Source of the DNA: Minisyncoccota bacterium
Lineage (GTDB): Bacteria > Patescibacteriota > Minisyncoccia > Phycocordibacterales > JABMNX01
Reading direction: 5' to 3'
Length of the DNA: 64,000 nt
Assembly: GCA_965222715.1 (NCBI GenBank)
Contig: OZ244961.1
Coordinates: 268,609-332,608 of the forward strand
Part shown: one piece after another, positions 8,374-19,267 of the stretch
Numbering within the stretch: the first letter of the stretch is position 1
How the letters are laid out: each line of letters opens with the position of its first letter
Translations under genes and position numbers: made by a program
The notes under the pieces: generated by a model
The model's input: the letters and a program-made list of their open reading frames with translations, nothing else
Databases searched by the model: none
Told to the model about the DNA's origin: nothing

Positions 8374-9588
8374 TTGTCTTTTGACTTTATACTAAAGGAT
8401 ATGCGTCTTTTCCGTAATGCTCTTCGTATTCTTCACTACAAACGTGGCAATAGACCGGTAGTTATTTTAGATATAGGTAGTTCAAGTGTTGCCGCCGCGG
8501 TAGTATCTTTTTCTGATAACGTACCACATATCGAATGTTGTGTTCGTAAGTATGTTCCGTTTCAAGATCAGGTTGATGAAAATCGCTTTGCACCACTTTT
8601 GGGTGAAGTACTTGAATCAGTTATACAGACTATACATAAAGAAGGCTTGTGTGTAAGCGACACCTTTCTTGTGCCTAGAGAAATTGTATGTGTACTTTCT
8701 TCACCGTGGCACGATACTGAGACACTCACCGCTTCCTTTGAACAACAAAAACCATTTCGAGTGACTGAAAAGGTAATGGATAATCTTATTGCGCAAATTG
8801 AATCACAAAGAGGAAGTACGGAAGGTAGCACCATTATTGAAGATAAGATAATACATTCTGCTCTTAACGGATACACAACCCAAAGTCCACTGGGAAAAAC
8901 AGCAAGTCGGATATCTGTCACCTTTCTCAGAAGCACCGCAACAACAGCAATTCATAATAAAGTAACAGAGGTTGTTGAAAAATCATTTGGTGGAGATATA
9001 CCAATTGAATTTCGATCATTCACTCTTGCATCATTCTCTGTAGTTCGCGATCTTTTTGGTGATGTAAAAGATTGTATGTTAGTTGATGTTACCGGAGAGG
9101 TAACTGGCATGTATGTTGTACGAGAATCAGTTCTTGGAGATACGCTCTCATTTCCATATGGACAAAACACCATCATTCGTCACATTACACAAAAAAGAGG
9201 GGGTGTTCCTGAAGACACTCATTCACAAATCAAACTATACTTCAGTAATAAAGAAGGTCCTATGAGTGATTACCTCATTGAAGAAGAAAAACAGTGGGTG
9301 GAAATGTTTGGTAAGAGCTGCGGTGAACTTGCAACAGAATCAGAGCCACTTCCTGAGCGAGTATTTCTTGTAACAAGTGCTGAGTTTGAAAAATGGTTTA
9401 CTGAAATGATTGGTCGGGTTGATTTCAGTCAATTTACTGCGACTCGCGATGTGTTTAAAGTAGAACCTCTTATGTCAGCTAAAGTATCGGACTTATGTAA
9501 GTATAAAGAAGGGGTTCCTCGTGATAGTTTTATTTCTACTGCTGCTCTTTTTTACAATAAAGAGTACAATAACCCACATGCTCGTTAG
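8374..9588 (+). CDS. actin-like ATPase family protein (FtsA/PilM-like)
   Basis: N-terminal VVILDIGSSSVAAAVV resembles the phosphate-1 motif of FtsA/PilM. Otherwise divergent. Confidence 0.4.
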   Translation: MSFDFILKDMRLFRNALRILHYKRGNRPVVILDIGSSSVAAAVVSFSDNVPHIECCVRKYVPFQDQVDENRFAPLLGEVLESVIQTIHKEGLCVSDTFLVPREIVCVLSSPWHDTETLTASFEQQKPFRVTEKVMDNLIAQIESQRGSTEGSTIIEDKIIHSALNGYTTQSPLGKTASRISVTFLRSTATTAIHNKVTEVVEKSFGGDIPIEFRSFTLASFSVVRDLFGDVKDCMLVDVTGEVTGMYVVRESVLGDTLSFPYGQNTIIRHITQKRGGVPEDTHSQIKLYFSNKEGPMSDYLIEEEKQWVEMFGKSCGELATESEPLPERVFLVTSAEFEKWFTEMIGRVDFSQFTATRDVFKVEPLMSAKVSDLCKYKEGVPRDSFISTAALFYNKEYNNPHAR

Positions 9589-9623
9589 TAGAAAATGGTG
9601 TGATATAGTGTAAGATATATAGT

Positions 9624-10928
9624 ATGAAGAAGCATATTGATGACATCATTCCTCCTGAAGATCGTTCGATTCGTAACGTGTCAGTAAGTAGAGAGGGTCG
9701 CCGCCGTTCCCAGCGTCAACGACCTCAAGAAGAACACACACCATCTCCAGCCCGTCGTGAACGACATGATGTATATCGACGGCGAAAAGCACCACGATGG
9801 GGTTTGTGGGTTATTAGTGGCGTTGCGGTTCTTGCAGTGCTTATATTTGGTCTTTCATTTCTCTTCTCTGGAGCAAAAGTTATTGTGACACCAAAACAAC
9901 GCACAGTGCCAATTGCTGCCGAATTTCAAGCAAGTCGTACTCCAAGTCTCACCGAGCTTGGATATGAGGTGATGACTATTGAGCGAGAAGGTTCTCGTGA
10001 AGTTTCAGCAAGTGGAGAAGAGTATGTAGAAGAAAAGGCGTCTGGTACAATCATTGTCTATAATAATTTTAATTCATCAGATCAGCGCCTTATAAAAAAT
10101 ACTCGCTTTGAGTCTCCAGACGGCAAAATCTATCGTATTAATGAGTCAATTGTGGTACCTGGTCAAAGAACTGAAGGCAACACTACGGTACCCGGAAGCA
10201 TAGAAGCTGTTGTGTATGCAGACGAAGTGGGTGAAGAATACAATATTGGTCTCACCGACTTCACCATTCCTGGTTTTGAGGGGTCTCCACGGTTTGAAGG
10301 ATTTTACGCTCGCTCAAAAACAGCAATGACAGGAGGATTTGTTGGAGAAAAGAAGATTGTACAAGAAGCAGATGAGGTGCGTGCGCGCGAAGAGATTCAA
10401 AGAGATATTCGTGAGCAGATTTCACAAGAAGCACTAGCACAAAAACCTGAAGGTTTTGAATTGTTCGAGAATGGCACCTTTATTGTTTTCACTTCGCTTC
10501 CTAATCAAGAGAAGGGTAACGATGCTGTTATTCGAGAAAAGGCAACACTATATGGTGTACTCTTTAAGCAAGAAGCCTTTGCTGCATTTCTCGCAGAAAA
10601 TACTGTTGCAGGATATAACGATGGGGATAGTGTCCGTATCACCAACCCACAAGATCTGAATTTCACTATACTCAATAAGAGTGAGCAAGAGCCATGGAAC
10701 GACAATGCGTTCCAATTTGAAATTGATGGTACTGCTCATATTGTGTGGGAATTTGATTCACAGCAACTCAAAAATGACCTTATTGGTAAGTCAAAAGATG
10801 CCTTTACCACAGTCCTTACCGGCTATCCAAGTATTGAAGAAGCACAAATTATACTAAGACCATTCTGGAGACAGACATTTCCAGAAGAAATTGAAGATAT
10901 AAAGGTCACCACTATTATTGATAAATAA
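9624..10928 (+). CDS. bitopic membrane protein with Arg-rich cytoplasmic N-terminus and large extracytoplasmic domain
   Basis: About 50 aa of basic residues (RRRSQRQRPQ...RRRKAPRW), one TM (LWVISGVAVLAVLIFGLSFLF), then a 340-aa domain. No recognised family. Confidence 0.4.
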   Translation: MKKHIDDIIPPEDRSIRNVSVSREGRRRSQRQRPQEEHTPSPARRERHDVYRRRKAPRWGLWVISGVAVLAVLIFGLSFLFSGAKVIVTPKQRTVPIAAEFQASRTPSLTELGYEVMTIEREGSREVSASGEEYVEEKASGTIIVYNNFNSSDQRLIKNTRFESPDGKIYRINESIVVPGQRTEGNTTVPGSIEAVVYADEVGEEYNIGLTDFTIPGFEGSPRFEGFYARSKTAMTGGFVGEKKIVQEADEVRAREEIQRDIREQISQEALAQKPEGFELFENGTFIVFTSLPNQEKGNDAVIREKATLYGVLFKQEAFAAFLAENTVAGYNDGDSVRITNPQDLNFTILNKSEQEPWNDNAFQFEIDGTAHIVWEFDSQQLKNDLIGKSKDAFTTVLTGYPSIEEAQIILRPFWRQTFPEEIEDIKVTTIIDK

Positions 10929-10952
10929 TAAGAAAATACGCACAGAACGCCC

Positions 10953-10990
10953 TTGACGCCCTATGTGGGTATCTGGTAGTATGTGCACAC
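10953..10990 (+). promoter_or_regulatory. candidate sigma70-type promoter of the infA-rpoA ribosomal block
   Basis: TTGACG - 18 nt - TAGTAT upstream of infA. Confidence 0.35.
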
Positions 10991-11002
10991 TCCGTATAGG
11001 CA

Positions 11003-11245
11003 ATGACTCTGTCGAAACATAACGCACAAAACAACGCAAACGAAAAAGAATCAGTTACTGGGGTGGTTGATGAAGCCCTCCCGAACACACTCTTTAGAGT
11101 TACCCTAGACGAGAGCGGCGAGCAGTTACTTACGTACCTTTCAGGTAAAATGCGTAGGTACCGTATCAAGGTTCTTGTTGGTGATAAGGTTTTGGTTGAA
11201 CTAGAGCCTTACGGAGGGAAAGGAAGAATTATAAAGCGCTTGTAG
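11003..11245 (+). CDS. infA: translation initiation factor IF-1
   Basis: S1-like OB protein. [33 protein letters not shown]. Confidence 0.85.
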   Translation: MTLSKHNAQNNANEKESVTGVVDEALPNTLFRVTLDESGEQLLTYLSGKMRRYRIKVLVGDKVLVELEPYGGKGRIIKRL

Positions 11246-11308
11246 TTGGTTACGATTGAGTACCGCTTCTACCACTTTGTTTGAGCGCAATTTTTTGTTG
11301 TGTACACA

Positions 11309-11422
11309 ATGAAAGTTAAAGCATCAGTTAAAAAAATTTGTTCAAAGTGTCAAACAGTGCGCCGTAAAGGTCGTTTGTATGTTATCTGTTCTGATCCTCG
11401 TCACAAACAACGACAAGGTTAA
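11309..11422 (+). CDS. rpmJ: 50S ribosomal protein L36
   Basis: [37 protein letters not shown], 37 aa. Below the ORF-track size cut-off; found by direct reading. Confidence 0.9.
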   Translation: MKVKASVKKICSKCQTVRRKGRLYVICSDPRHKQRQG

Positions 11423-11430
11423 TTATTTTT

Positions 11431-11811
11431 ATGCGAATTTCCGGAATTACAATACCAGATAACAAACGACTCGAGATTGGCCTCACTGCTGTTTTTGGTG
11501 TTGGTCGTGCGCAAGCACTTTCAGTTCTTAGCGAGACTAAGGTTGATCCAGGTAAAAAGCCAGGTGATTTAACTGCTGATGAAGAAAGTGCAATTCGACA
11601 AAAAATTGAATCATTTGTTATCGAAGGTGAGTTAAAGCGAGAAATTTCTGGAAACATTAAACGATTGAAAGACATTAATGCGTTTCGTGGCGTACGGCAC
11701 AGTAGAAATCTTCCTGTTCGCGGACAGCGTACAAAAACAAACTCACGTACTGTTCGGGGTAACAAACGAAAAACAATGAGTTCAGGACGTCGTACTGTAG
11801 AAAAGAAGTAG
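11431..11811 (+). CDS. rpsM: 30S ribosomal protein S13
   Basis: MRISGITIPDNKRLEIGLTAVFGVGR ... conserved S13 sequence. Confidence 0.95.
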   Translation: MRISGITIPDNKRLEIGLTAVFGVGRAQALSVLSETKVDPGKKPGDLTADEESAIRQKIESFVIEGELKREISGNIKRLKDINAFRGVRHSRNLPVRGQRTKTNSRTVRGNKRKTMSSGRRTVEKK

Positions 11812-11812
11812 T

Positions 11813-12247
11813 ATGGGAAAGAAACGAATTATTAAAAAATCTGGAGGTGAGGTAAATGCAGGATTAAAATCCCGATCTCTTTCTCGTACACCACGCAAAA
11901 AACTTGATAAAGGAGTGCTCCATATTCAAGCAACCTACAACAACACCAAGTTACTCCTCTCTGATACTAAAGGGAATGCAGTAGTATGGTCTTCAAGTGG
12001 TTCACTTGGTTTTAAAGGAGCAAAAAAGGGGACACCATTTGCTGCAGCTAAAGTAGGAGAGTTAGTTGGCGAAAAAGGACATATGATGGGTCTTAAGAGT
12101 GTTGACGTCATTATGCGTGGTGTTGGTTCAGGTCGTGAGTCATCGCTTCGTGGTTTTACTTCAAAAGGTATTGACGTAAGTAGCATTAAAGATATGACCC
12201 CAGTACCATTTAATGGAACACGACCTAAGAAACCACGACGTGTGTAA
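11813..12247 (+). CDS. rpsK: 30S ribosomal protein S11
   Basis: HIQATYNNTKLLLSD...SSGSLGFKGAKKGTPFAA conserved S11. Confidence 0.95.
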   Translation: MGKKRIIKKSGGEVNAGLKSRSLSRTPRKKLDKGVLHIQATYNNTKLLLSDTKGNAVVWSSSGSLGFKGAKKGTPFAAAKVGELVGEKGHMMGLKSVDVIMRGVGSGRESSLRGFTSKGIDVSSIKDMTPVPFNGTRPKKPRRV

Positions 12248-12263
12248 GGTGAATATACGTAAT

Positions 12264-12872
12264 ATGAAAATTGGACCAAAATATAAAATAGGAAAACGAT
12301 TAGGAGCAAGTGTGTTTGAAAAATGTCAGACACAAAAGTTTGTGCTTTCAGAGGAGCGCTCAAAAAAACGTCGCGGTTCTCGTCCACGACAGCTTTCAGA
12401 TTTTGGTAAGCAACTTCTTGAGAAACAAAAAGTACGATACACCTACGGGGTAAGTGAAAAACAACTTTCACGGTACGTTGCTGAAGCAGTTGAGACAAAG
12501 ACAGATCCTATGAATAAACTCTTCCAAACGCTTGAAATGCGTCTTGATAATGTTGTGTACCGTCTTGGTATTGCACCAACCCGACAGTTTGCACGTCAGA
12601 TGGTATCTCATGGACACATTATAGTGGGGGGTACACGAGTTACTGTACCTTCATACCAAACAAGCGTTGGTGAGGTTATTACTGTAAAAGAAGGTAGTAG
12701 AGAAAAAGGTCTTTTTGCACACCTTGAAGAATATCTGAAGAACTACAGTACACCGAAATGGTTGAAATTTGATGCAAAGAAATGGGAGGGTTCAATCACG
12801 TCAGTTCCTGAGCTTATTGCTGGTGAAACTGCATTTGATCTTGAGCTTGTTCTCGAATTTTATAGTAGATAG
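12264..12872 (+). CDS. rpsD: 30S ribosomal protein S4
   Basis: MKIGPKYKIGKRLG ... RLDNVVYRLGIAPTRQFARQMVSHGHI. Internal ATG at 12264 chosen. Confidence 0.93.
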   Translation: MKIGPKYKIGKRLGASVFEKCQTQKFVLSEERSKKRRGSRPRQLSDFGKQLLEKQKVRYTYGVSEKQLSRYVAEAVETKTDPMNKLFQTLEMRLDNVVYRLGIAPTRQFARQMVSHGHIIVGGTRVTVPSYQTSVGEVITVKEGSREKGLFAHLEEYLKNYSTPKWLKFDAKKWEGSITSVPELIAGETAFDLELVLEFYSR

Positions 12873-12900
12873 TTATTTAGTAATCATTAACACATATACT

Positions 12901-13863
12901 ATGTCAGATTATAACGTTACACTTCCATCAAAACCGCGAATCGTATCCGAAAAAGAGTTCGGAGGCGTGTATGAAATTGATGGACTTTATCCAGGGTATG
13001 GTCACACACTTGGCAACTCACTTCGTCGTATCATTCTTTCATCACTTCCTGGAGCAGCAATCACTTCAGTAAAAATTGATGGAGTACAACACGAGTTTTC
13101 AACCATAGAGGGTGTAAAAGAAGATGTCATTACCATCTTACTTAATCTTAAGCGAGTGCGTATTAAGATGCTCACCGACGAGCCACAACAGATTAAAATT
13201 GATGTAAAAGGACCTAAGACGGTCACCGCTGGTGATATTGAAGTGCCAGGTCAAGTAGAGGTGCTTAATCCTGAGCAACACATTGCAGAAGTAACCGGTT
13301 CAAACACTCCATTTTCTGTTGAGATGACTGTAGAGCGTGGATTGGGGTACGTTGCAAAAGAAGTACTACAAAAAGAGCGTGTTGATGTGGGAGTTATCTC
13401 ACTTGACGCAATTTTTACTCCAATTCGACGAGTAAATTATGAAGTTGAGAACATGCGTATTGGCGACCGAACTGACTTTAATCGGTTACGTCTATTTATT
13501 GAGACTGACGGAACATTAACGGCAAAAGAAGCTCTTGAGAAGGCAATTGAGATAATGATTAATCAACTAAAGGCTGTGGTTGGTTTCAAGGAAGAGGAGA
13601 TTGAGCTTCCTCAAGAAGAAGAAAAAGAAGAAGAAAAGGAAGAAGATAAAAAAGAGGTAGACTCTGAATTCCTTAAAACACGCATTGATGACCTTGAACT
13701 TTCAGCGCGAACCGCAAACTCTCTTGATGGAGCAAACATTCGAACAGTGGGTGGTTTAGTACGAAAACGAGAAGAAGATATTCTTGCTATTGAGGGAATT
13801 GGACAAAAGGGACTCCAAGAAATCAAACGAGCACTAAGTAACTTTGGTGTTACTCTTAAATAA
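12901..13863 (+). CDS. rpoA: DNA-directed RNA polymerase subunit alpha
   Basis: N-terminal domain GHTLGNSLRRIILSSLPGAAI. Acidic linker, then C-terminal domain LELSARTANSL. ATG at 12901. Confidence 0.95.
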   Translation: MSDYNVTLPSKPRIVSEKEFGGVYEIDGLYPGYGHTLGNSLRRIILSSLPGAAITSVKIDGVQHEFSTIEGVKEDVITILLNLKRVRIKMLTDEPQQIKIDVKGPKTVTAGDIEVPGQVEVLNPEQHIAEVTGSNTPFSVEMTVERGLGYVAKEVLQKERVDVGVISLDAIFTPIRRVNYEVENMRIGDRTDFNRLRLFIETDGTLTAKEALEKAIEIMINQLKAVVGFKEEEIELPQEEEKEEEKEEDKKEVDSEFLKTRIDDLELSARTANSLDGANIRTVGGLVRKREEDILAIEGIGQKGLQEIKRALSNFGVTLK

Positions 13864-13868
13864 GGTAT

Positions 13869-14222
13869 ATGAATCACACTGCACACGGAAGAAAATTTGG
13901 ACGAGAGCGAAAGGTACGAGTAGCACTTGTGCGTTCTCTTGCGCGGGCACTGATTCTTAATGAAAAGATTGAGACAACTGAAGCAAAGGCACGTGAAGTG
14001 CAACGTTTTGTAGAGAAACTCGTTACCAAAAGCAATAAAGGTACTATGGCTTCACAGCGTCTCATTGTCTCTCGACTAGGTGGCGAGGAAAAAGTAGCAA
14101 AAAAGCTTCGTGAAGATATCGCGCCTCGATATGCTGAACGTGCTGGTGGATATACCCGCATCATAAAAGTACGTACACCATCGGTTGATGCGCGTAAGCG
14201 GGCTGTAATTGAATTTGTATAG
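13869..14222 (+). CDS. rplQ: 50S ribosomal protein L17
   Basis: HGRKFGRERKVRVALVRSLARALILNEKIETT conserved L17. Confidence 0.93.
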   Translation: MNHTAHGRKFGRERKVRVALVRSLARALILNEKIETTEAKAREVQRFVEKLVTKSNKGTMASQRLIVSRLGGEEKVAKKLREDIAPRYAERAGGYTRIIKVRTPSVDARKRAVIEFV

Positions 14223-14224
14223 AT

Positions 14225-14566
14225 ATGGAATACGTAATTGATGCACAAGGAAAGAATATTGGACGAGTTGCAAGCGAAGCAGCACATGTGCTTATGGGTA
14301 AAAACGACCCGTCGTTTGAAAAACATACTGTATCTGAAACAGTAGTGAAAATTACTAATAGTGATAAACTTGCTATTTCACAAAAAAAAGCAGAAGAGAA
14401 GGTGTATGATCGCTACTCTGGACACCCCGGTGGACGAAAAGTAGAAACACTTGAAGAGGTTGTTGCCAAAAAAGGTCACGAAGAAATACTACGGAAGGCA
14501 GTGTATGGTATGCTTCCAGGTAATAAATTACGAGCACGAATGATGAAACATCTTATTATTGAATAA
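14225..14566 (+). CDS. rplM: 50S ribosomal protein L13
   Basis: IDAQGKNIGRVASEAAHVLMGK ... GMLPGNKL conserved L13. Confidence 0.93.
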   Translation: MEYVIDAQGKNIGRVASEAAHVLMGKNDPSFEKHTVSETVVKITNSDKLAISQKKAEEKVYDRYSGHPGGRKVETLEEVVAKKGHEEILRKAVYGMLPGNKLRARMMKHLIIE

Positions 14567-14568
14567 TT

Positions 14569-14979
14569 ATGGCTGACACAACACACAAAGAAACATATAT
14601 TGAAACAGTAGGGCGTCGCAAGACAGCTGCTGCTCGTGTGCGTATCTCAAAAGCAGCAAAAACTGATGTCGTGGTGAATGAAAAACCATATACAGAATAT
14701 TTCCCAACATCAGAACTCCAAAAAATTATAACAGACGCCTTTACACTCGCAGGTGACGACGCATCTTTTGTGGTTACCGCAAAAGTAAAAGGTGGAGGCA
14801 TTCATGCTCAGGCTGAAGCAGTGCGTCACGGCATCGCCCGGGGGCTTGTTGAGTATAATGCTGAGTTACGAAAAGAGCTCAAGCGAGCCGGCTACATTAA
14901 GCGAGATCCACGGATGAAAGAGCGGAAGAAATTCGGTTTACGAAAAGCTCGACGTGCACCACAGTGGAGTAAACGGTAG
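14569..14979 (+). CDS. rpsI: 30S ribosomal protein S9
   Basis: ETVGRRKTAAARVRI ... C-terminal GLRKARRAPQWSKR. Confidence 0.95.
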   Translation: MADTTHKETYIETVGRRKTAAARVRISKAAKTDVVVNEKPYTEYFPTSELQKIITDAFTLAGDDASFVVTAKVKGGGIHAQAEAVRHGIARGLVEYNAELRKELKRAGYIKRDPRMKERKKFGLRKARRAPQWSKR

Positions 14980-15047
14980 TAGAGTACACCTTTACTACAG
15001 TTCGGTAACTCCTTTTATTGTATAGTTAGTATTTTCTTTACGCCGCT

Positions 15048-15629
15048 ATGCCAAAGAAAAAAGAAACAAAAGTTGACACAGAAAAAAAGAAAGAGCATAC
15101 TGTCGATGAAGAATTTGTGATCGAGGATGACATTCAAGGAGAGGAACGTAAGCTCGTTACAATCAGAAAAAAACTAAAAGAGTGTGAAAAAGAACGCCAA
15201 GAGTATCTCGCTGGCTGGCAACGCGCTCGAGCAGACGCTATAAACAAAGCGCAGGAGGCGACTCTTGAGAAACAGCAAGCAGTAACTCGAGCTGTTGATG
15301 AGGTGTACACGTCACTCTTCCCAATATTAGACAGTTTTGATATGGCTTTTTCAAATAAAAAGCTTTGGGAGAAAGTGGATGAAGTATGGCGTACCGGCGT
15401 TGAGCATATCTACACTCAAATGACTCGATCACTACAGGACGCTGGAATTACTGAGATTGAAGCAGAGGGAGCGGTATTTAATCCAACTCTCCATGAACCA
15501 GTTGATACAGAAAAGGTTGATACAAAAGACAAGGACGGAATTATTCTTACAGTGTTACAAAAGGGGTATACAAGTAAGAATCGGGTACTACGTCCAGCAA
15601 AGGTAATTATTGGCACATATAACAAGTAA
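15048..15629 (+). CDS. grpE: nucleotide exchange factor GrpE
   Basis: GrpE-like motifs [17 protein letters not shown] and [18 protein letters not shown]. Immediately upstream of dnaK. Confidence 0.8.
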   Translation: MPKKKETKVDTEKKKEHTVDEEFVIEDDIQGEERKLVTIRKKLKECEKERQEYLAGWQRARADAINKAQEATLEKQQAVTRAVDEVYTSLFPILDSFDMAFSNKKLWEKVDEVWRTGVEHIYTQMTRSLQDAGITEIEAEGAVFNPTLHEPVDTEKVDTKDKDGIILTVLQKGYTSKNRVLRPAKVIIGTYNK

Positions 15630-15633
15630 TACT

Positions 15634-17535
15634 ATGGGAAAAATTTTAGGAATCGATCTTGGAACAACAAACTCAGCAATTGCATATACTGACGGAGGAG
15701 AACCGAAGGTAATTGAAAATGCTGAAGGAGGACGAACCACCCCTTCAGTGGTTGCAGTATCAAAGACAGGTGAACGACTTGTTGGTGTGCTTGCGCGCCG
15801 ACAAGCTGTAACAAACCCACAAAATACTATCTACGGCATTAAGCGTTTCATTGGTCATCGTTTTTCTGATAAGGCAGTACAGAAAGATCTAAAAAACATT
15901 CCGTATCAAATAAAAGAATCAAAAGAGGGGGGTGTACTGGTTGAGCTCAATGAAAAAGAGTATCGGCCAGAAGAAATTTCTGCAATGCTTTTGCAAAAAC
16001 TAAAACAAGATGCAGAAGCAAAAATGGGAGAGAAGGTGACTGAGGCAATCATCACTGTTCCTGCATATTTTGATGATGCACAAAGAAAAGCAACAAAGGA
16101 TGCGGGGAAGATTGCTGGTCTTGATGTGAAGAGAATCATTAACGAACCAACTGCAGCCGCTCTTGCTTATGGATTTAATAAGAAAAAAGATGAACAAATT
16201 GTCGTATACGACTTTGGTGGTGGTACCTTTGACATCTCAGTACTTGAGGTGGGTGATGAAGTGATTGAAGTAAAAGCAACTGATGGTGATTCACACATGG
16301 GTGGTCGTGACATAGACCAAGAAATTATTAATTGGATTGTTGAAGAATTTAAAAAGGAAAGTGGTGTAGATGTGTCAAAGGATCCACTTGCATTGCAACG
16401 ACTTGATGAGGCAGCAGAGAAGGCAAAAATTGAACTTTCAACCGCAACCGAGTCAGAGATTAATATTCCATTCATAACTTCTGATGCCTCAGGTCCTAAA
16501 CACCTTTTGCTTAAGTTAAGTCGAGCAAAATTAGAAGAATTAGCAAAAGAGTATATTGATCGTTCTATTGAAATCACCAAAAGAGCAATTGAAGCGTCAC
16601 CATTTGAGATTAAAGATATAGACGAGGTTATCCTTGTTGGTGGTCAGACACGCATGCCAGCTATTTCAAACAGAGTAAAAGAGCTCTTTAGCAAAGAGCC
16701 AAATAAGTCAATTAATCCTGATGAGGTGGTTGCGCTTGGTGCTGCAATCCAAGCCGGTATTATGCAGGGTGATGTGAAAGACGTACTTCTTTTAGACGTT
16801 ATTCCACTCTCTCTTGGTATTGAAACGCTTGGGGGTGTTGCAACAAAATTAATTGAACGAAACACCACCATACCAACCTCAAAATCACAAACGTTTTCAA
16901 CCGCTGCTGATAACCAAACATCAGTTGAGGTACATATTACTCAAGGAGAACGTGCAATGGCATCTGACAACAAAAGCCTCGGTCGCTTTATTCTTGAAGG
17001 TATTCCACCTGCGCCAAGAGGAACTCCTCAGGTTGAGGTGACGTTTGATATCGATGCAAACGGTATACTCAATGTAACTGCAAAAGATAAAACCTCAGGT
17101 AAGGAGCAGTCTATACGCATTGAGGCAAGCTCAGGACTGAGCGAAGAAGATATAGAAAAAATGAAGCAAGATGCCGAAAGTCACGCTTCAGAAGATGAGA
17201 AAAAGAAGTCATTGGTTGAAGCTCGTAACATTGCTGAGCAACTTATCTACACCGCTGAGCAATCAGTGAAAGAACACGGAGAAAAAGTCTCAGAGGAGGT
17301 AAAAAGTGATGTTGAGGAGAAGATACAGGCACTTAAAGAAAAGAAGGACTTAAATGATCTTGATGCGATAAAGAGTGCAACAGAAGCACTTTCAGGCGCA
17401 CTTCAAAAAATTGGTGAAGCAGTCAGTCAAAACACTAATACACAATCTGAACATACATCTTCAGAAACTGTACACGAGCAACCAGAAGAAGATGCTTCTA
17501 ATGAAAGTAAGGAAGACGAAAACAAGAACTCATAG
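15634..17535 (+). CDS. dnaK: molecular chaperone DnaK (Hsp70)
   Basis: [38 protein letters not shown]. Internal ATG 15634. Confidence 0.97.
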   Translation: MGKILGIDLGTTNSAIAYTDGGEPKVIENAEGGRTTPSVVAVSKTGERLVGVLARRQAVTNPQNTIYGIKRFIGHRFSDKAVQKDLKNIPYQIKESKEGGVLVELNEKEYRPEEISAMLLQKLKQDAEAKMGEKVTEAIITVPAYFDDAQRKATKDAGKIAGLDVKRIINEPTAAALAYGFNKKKDEQIVVYDFGGGTFDISVLEVGDEVIEVKATDGDSHMGGRDIDQEIINWIVEEFKKESGVDVSKDPLALQRLDEAAEKAKIELSTATESEINIPFITSDASGPKHLLLKLSRAKLEELAKEYIDRSIEITKRAIEASPFEIKDIDEVILVGGQTRMPAISNRVKELFSKEPNKSINPDEVVALGAAIQAGIMQGDVKDVLLLDVIPLSLGIETLGGVATKLIERNTTIPTSKSQTFSTAADNQTSVEVHITQGERAMASDNKSLGRFILEGIPPAPRGTPQVEVTFDIDANGILNVTAKDKTSGKEQSIRIEASSGLSEEDIEKMKQDAESHASEDEKKKSLVEARNIAEQLIYTAEQSVKEHGEKVSEEVKSDVEEKIQALKEKKDLNDLDAIKSATEALSGALQKIGEAVSQNTNTQSEHTSSETVHEQPEEDASNESKEDENKNS

Positions 17536-17584
17536 CAGTTATTGATTTTATTTTCTTTCTGCGTACACTAGTGTCTATAACTCT

Positions 17585-18649
17585 ATGCAAAAAGATTACT
17601 ATACTATTCTTGGGGTCCAAAAAAATGCCTCAAAAGAGGAAATTAAAAAAGCATTCCGCTCACTAGCGCATAAATATCACCCTGACAAAAAAACAGGTGA
17701 CGAAGCGAAGTTTAAAGAGGTAAGTGAGGCGTACAGCGTACTCTCAAATGATAAAAAACGCGCTGAGTATGACGCATATGGACGCGTATTCTCGGGCGGC
17801 TCAACCGACCAAGGAAATAGTGGTTTTGGTGGTTTTGACTTCTCTGGTTTTCAAAACGGCGGTTTTGATGGTGTAGACCTGGGAGATATTTTCGGAGATA
17901 TTTTCGGAGGTTTTTCTCGAAGAGCGCAGCGAGGAAGAGATATTTCTATTGACCTTGAATTATCATTTAAGGAATCAGTTTTTGGTGTTGAGCGACGTGT
18001 TTTACTTACTAAAACATCACAGTGCGACGCATGTAGTGGTAGTGGTGCCGAAAAAGGCTCTGGTACAGAGACCTGTAGTACCTGCAATGGCAAAGGCAAG
18101 ATTCATGAAAACAAGTCTTCAGTATTTGGAACATTTACGAGTGTACGTGCATGTCAAACATGTCTTGGTACTGGTACGGTGCCAAAAGAAAAATGTAAAA
18201 CCTGTAAAGGTGAGCGTGTAATCCGGAAAGAAGAAGAAATTATAGTTCGCGTACCAGCTGGGATAAACAATGGTGAGATGATTCGCCTCTCAGGAAAGGG
18301 TGAGGCTATTCCTGGAGGTGAAGCAGGCGATTTATACATAAAAATACACGTACATCCACACGAAAGCTTTAAAAAAGAAGGTCAGAATCTCATTACCACA
18401 CTTTCTGTAAAGTTGTCTGATGCCCTCTTGGGTGCTCAATATAATCTTGAAGCACTTGAAGGAGACAGGCTTTCAATAAAAATTCCGCAAGGTGTTGCAA
18501 CAGGTGAAATCATTCGCGTAAAAGGTAGGGGGGTACCATTTGAAAATAGTCGCGGGGACATGCTTGTAAAGATTATTGTTGATATGCCTAAAAAACTTAA
18601 TAAAAAATCGAAAGAAGCTGTTGAACAATTACGAGAAGAAGGTATATAA
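17585..18649 (+). CDS. dnaJ: molecular chaperone DnaJ
   Basis: J-domain with HPD (KYHPDKK). G/F-rich region. Four CxxCxGxG zinc-finger repeats. Confidence 0.95.
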   Translation: MQKDYYTILGVQKNASKEEIKKAFRSLAHKYHPDKKTGDEAKFKEVSEAYSVLSNDKKRAEYDAYGRVFSGGSTDQGNSGFGGFDFSGFQNGGFDGVDLGDIFGDIFGGFSRRAQRGRDISIDLELSFKESVFGVERRVLLTKTSQCDACSGSGAEKGSGTETCSTCNGKGKIHENKSSVFGTFTSVRACQTCLGTGTVPKEKCKTCKGERVIRKEEEIIVRVPAGINNGEMIRLSGKGEAIPGGEAGDLYIKIHVHPHESFKKEGQNLITTLSVKLSDALLGAQYNLEALEGDRLSIKIPQGVATGEIIRVKGRGVPFENSRGDMLVKIIVDMPKKLNKKSKEAVEQLREEGI

Positions 18650-18679
18650 AGAAACGTGAATCTGTTACTATTATAAGTA

Positions 18680-19180
18680 ATGAACATACTCGACACACTC
18701 TCAGGTGCACTAACAACTGATGTGCTCATTATATTAACAACGTGTGTAGCATTGTTTTGTTTCGCTCTTTTTTATGGGAAAAGTAGGGCAGTAGGACTGC
18801 TGATATCAGTCTATGTAGGTATTATTGGCTTTTTAAGTTTTCCATTTCTTGAAGAAGCAACCCTTCTAAAAAGTTCAGAGGCACAAACCACTCTCTCCCA
18901 CATCGGCCTCTTTGCAGTTGGCGTGTTTATTATTTATACAGTTATTCAAAGATTTATATACGTAGAGTATCCAGCAAGTACATTATTTAGGTTTATTCAC
19001 GCAGGTATTATAGCTGCCTCAACCACGGCGCTCCTTTTTGCGTTTGCGTACCACACCATTCCAGTAGGAACGCTGTATGATTTCAACCAAACAATTGATC
19101 ATCTATTCTCATCAGAGTACTTTTTCTGGTGGCTCGTTGCTCCACTTGGTGGTCTATTCTTTGTGTCACGTGGGTATTAA
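18680..19180 (+). CDS. hypothetical membrane protein (4-5 TM)
   Basis: Hydrophobic 166-aa ORF, no recognised motif. Confidence 0.4.
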   Translation: MNILDTLSGALTTDVLIILTTCVALFCFALFYGKSRAVGLLISVYVGIIGFLSFPFLEEATLLKSSEAQTTLSHIGLFAVGVFIIYTVIQRFIYVEYPASTLFRFIHAGIIAASTTALLFAFAYHTIPVGTLYDFNQTIDHLFSSEYFFWWLVAPLGGLFFVSRGY

Positions 19181-19267
19181 GTGAGGGAAATATTGACTTT
19201 TTCTTTTTTTATGTTAATCTATATACAGATGAACTTCTAAAACTCTAGATTTGAAAGGAGAGCAGCC

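Noticed and set aside
11382-11765. 127-aa - strand ORF antisense to rpsM
   Set aside because: It fully overlaps a highly conserved ribosomal protein gene on the opposite strand. Typical antisense ORF artefact.
11935-12498. 187-aa - strand ORF antisense to rpsK/rpsD
   Set aside because: It overlaps two conserved ribosomal protein genes. No RBS or motif.
13874-14326. 150-aa - strand ORF antisense to rplQ/rplM
   Set aside because: Antisense to conserved genes.
14980-15047. CIRCE (HrcA) operator upstream of grpE-dnaK-dnaJ
   Set aside because: No TTAGCACTC-N9-GAGTGCTAA-like inverted repeat is found.
16167-16580. 137-aa - strand ORF inside dnaK
   Set aside because: Antisense to dnaK.
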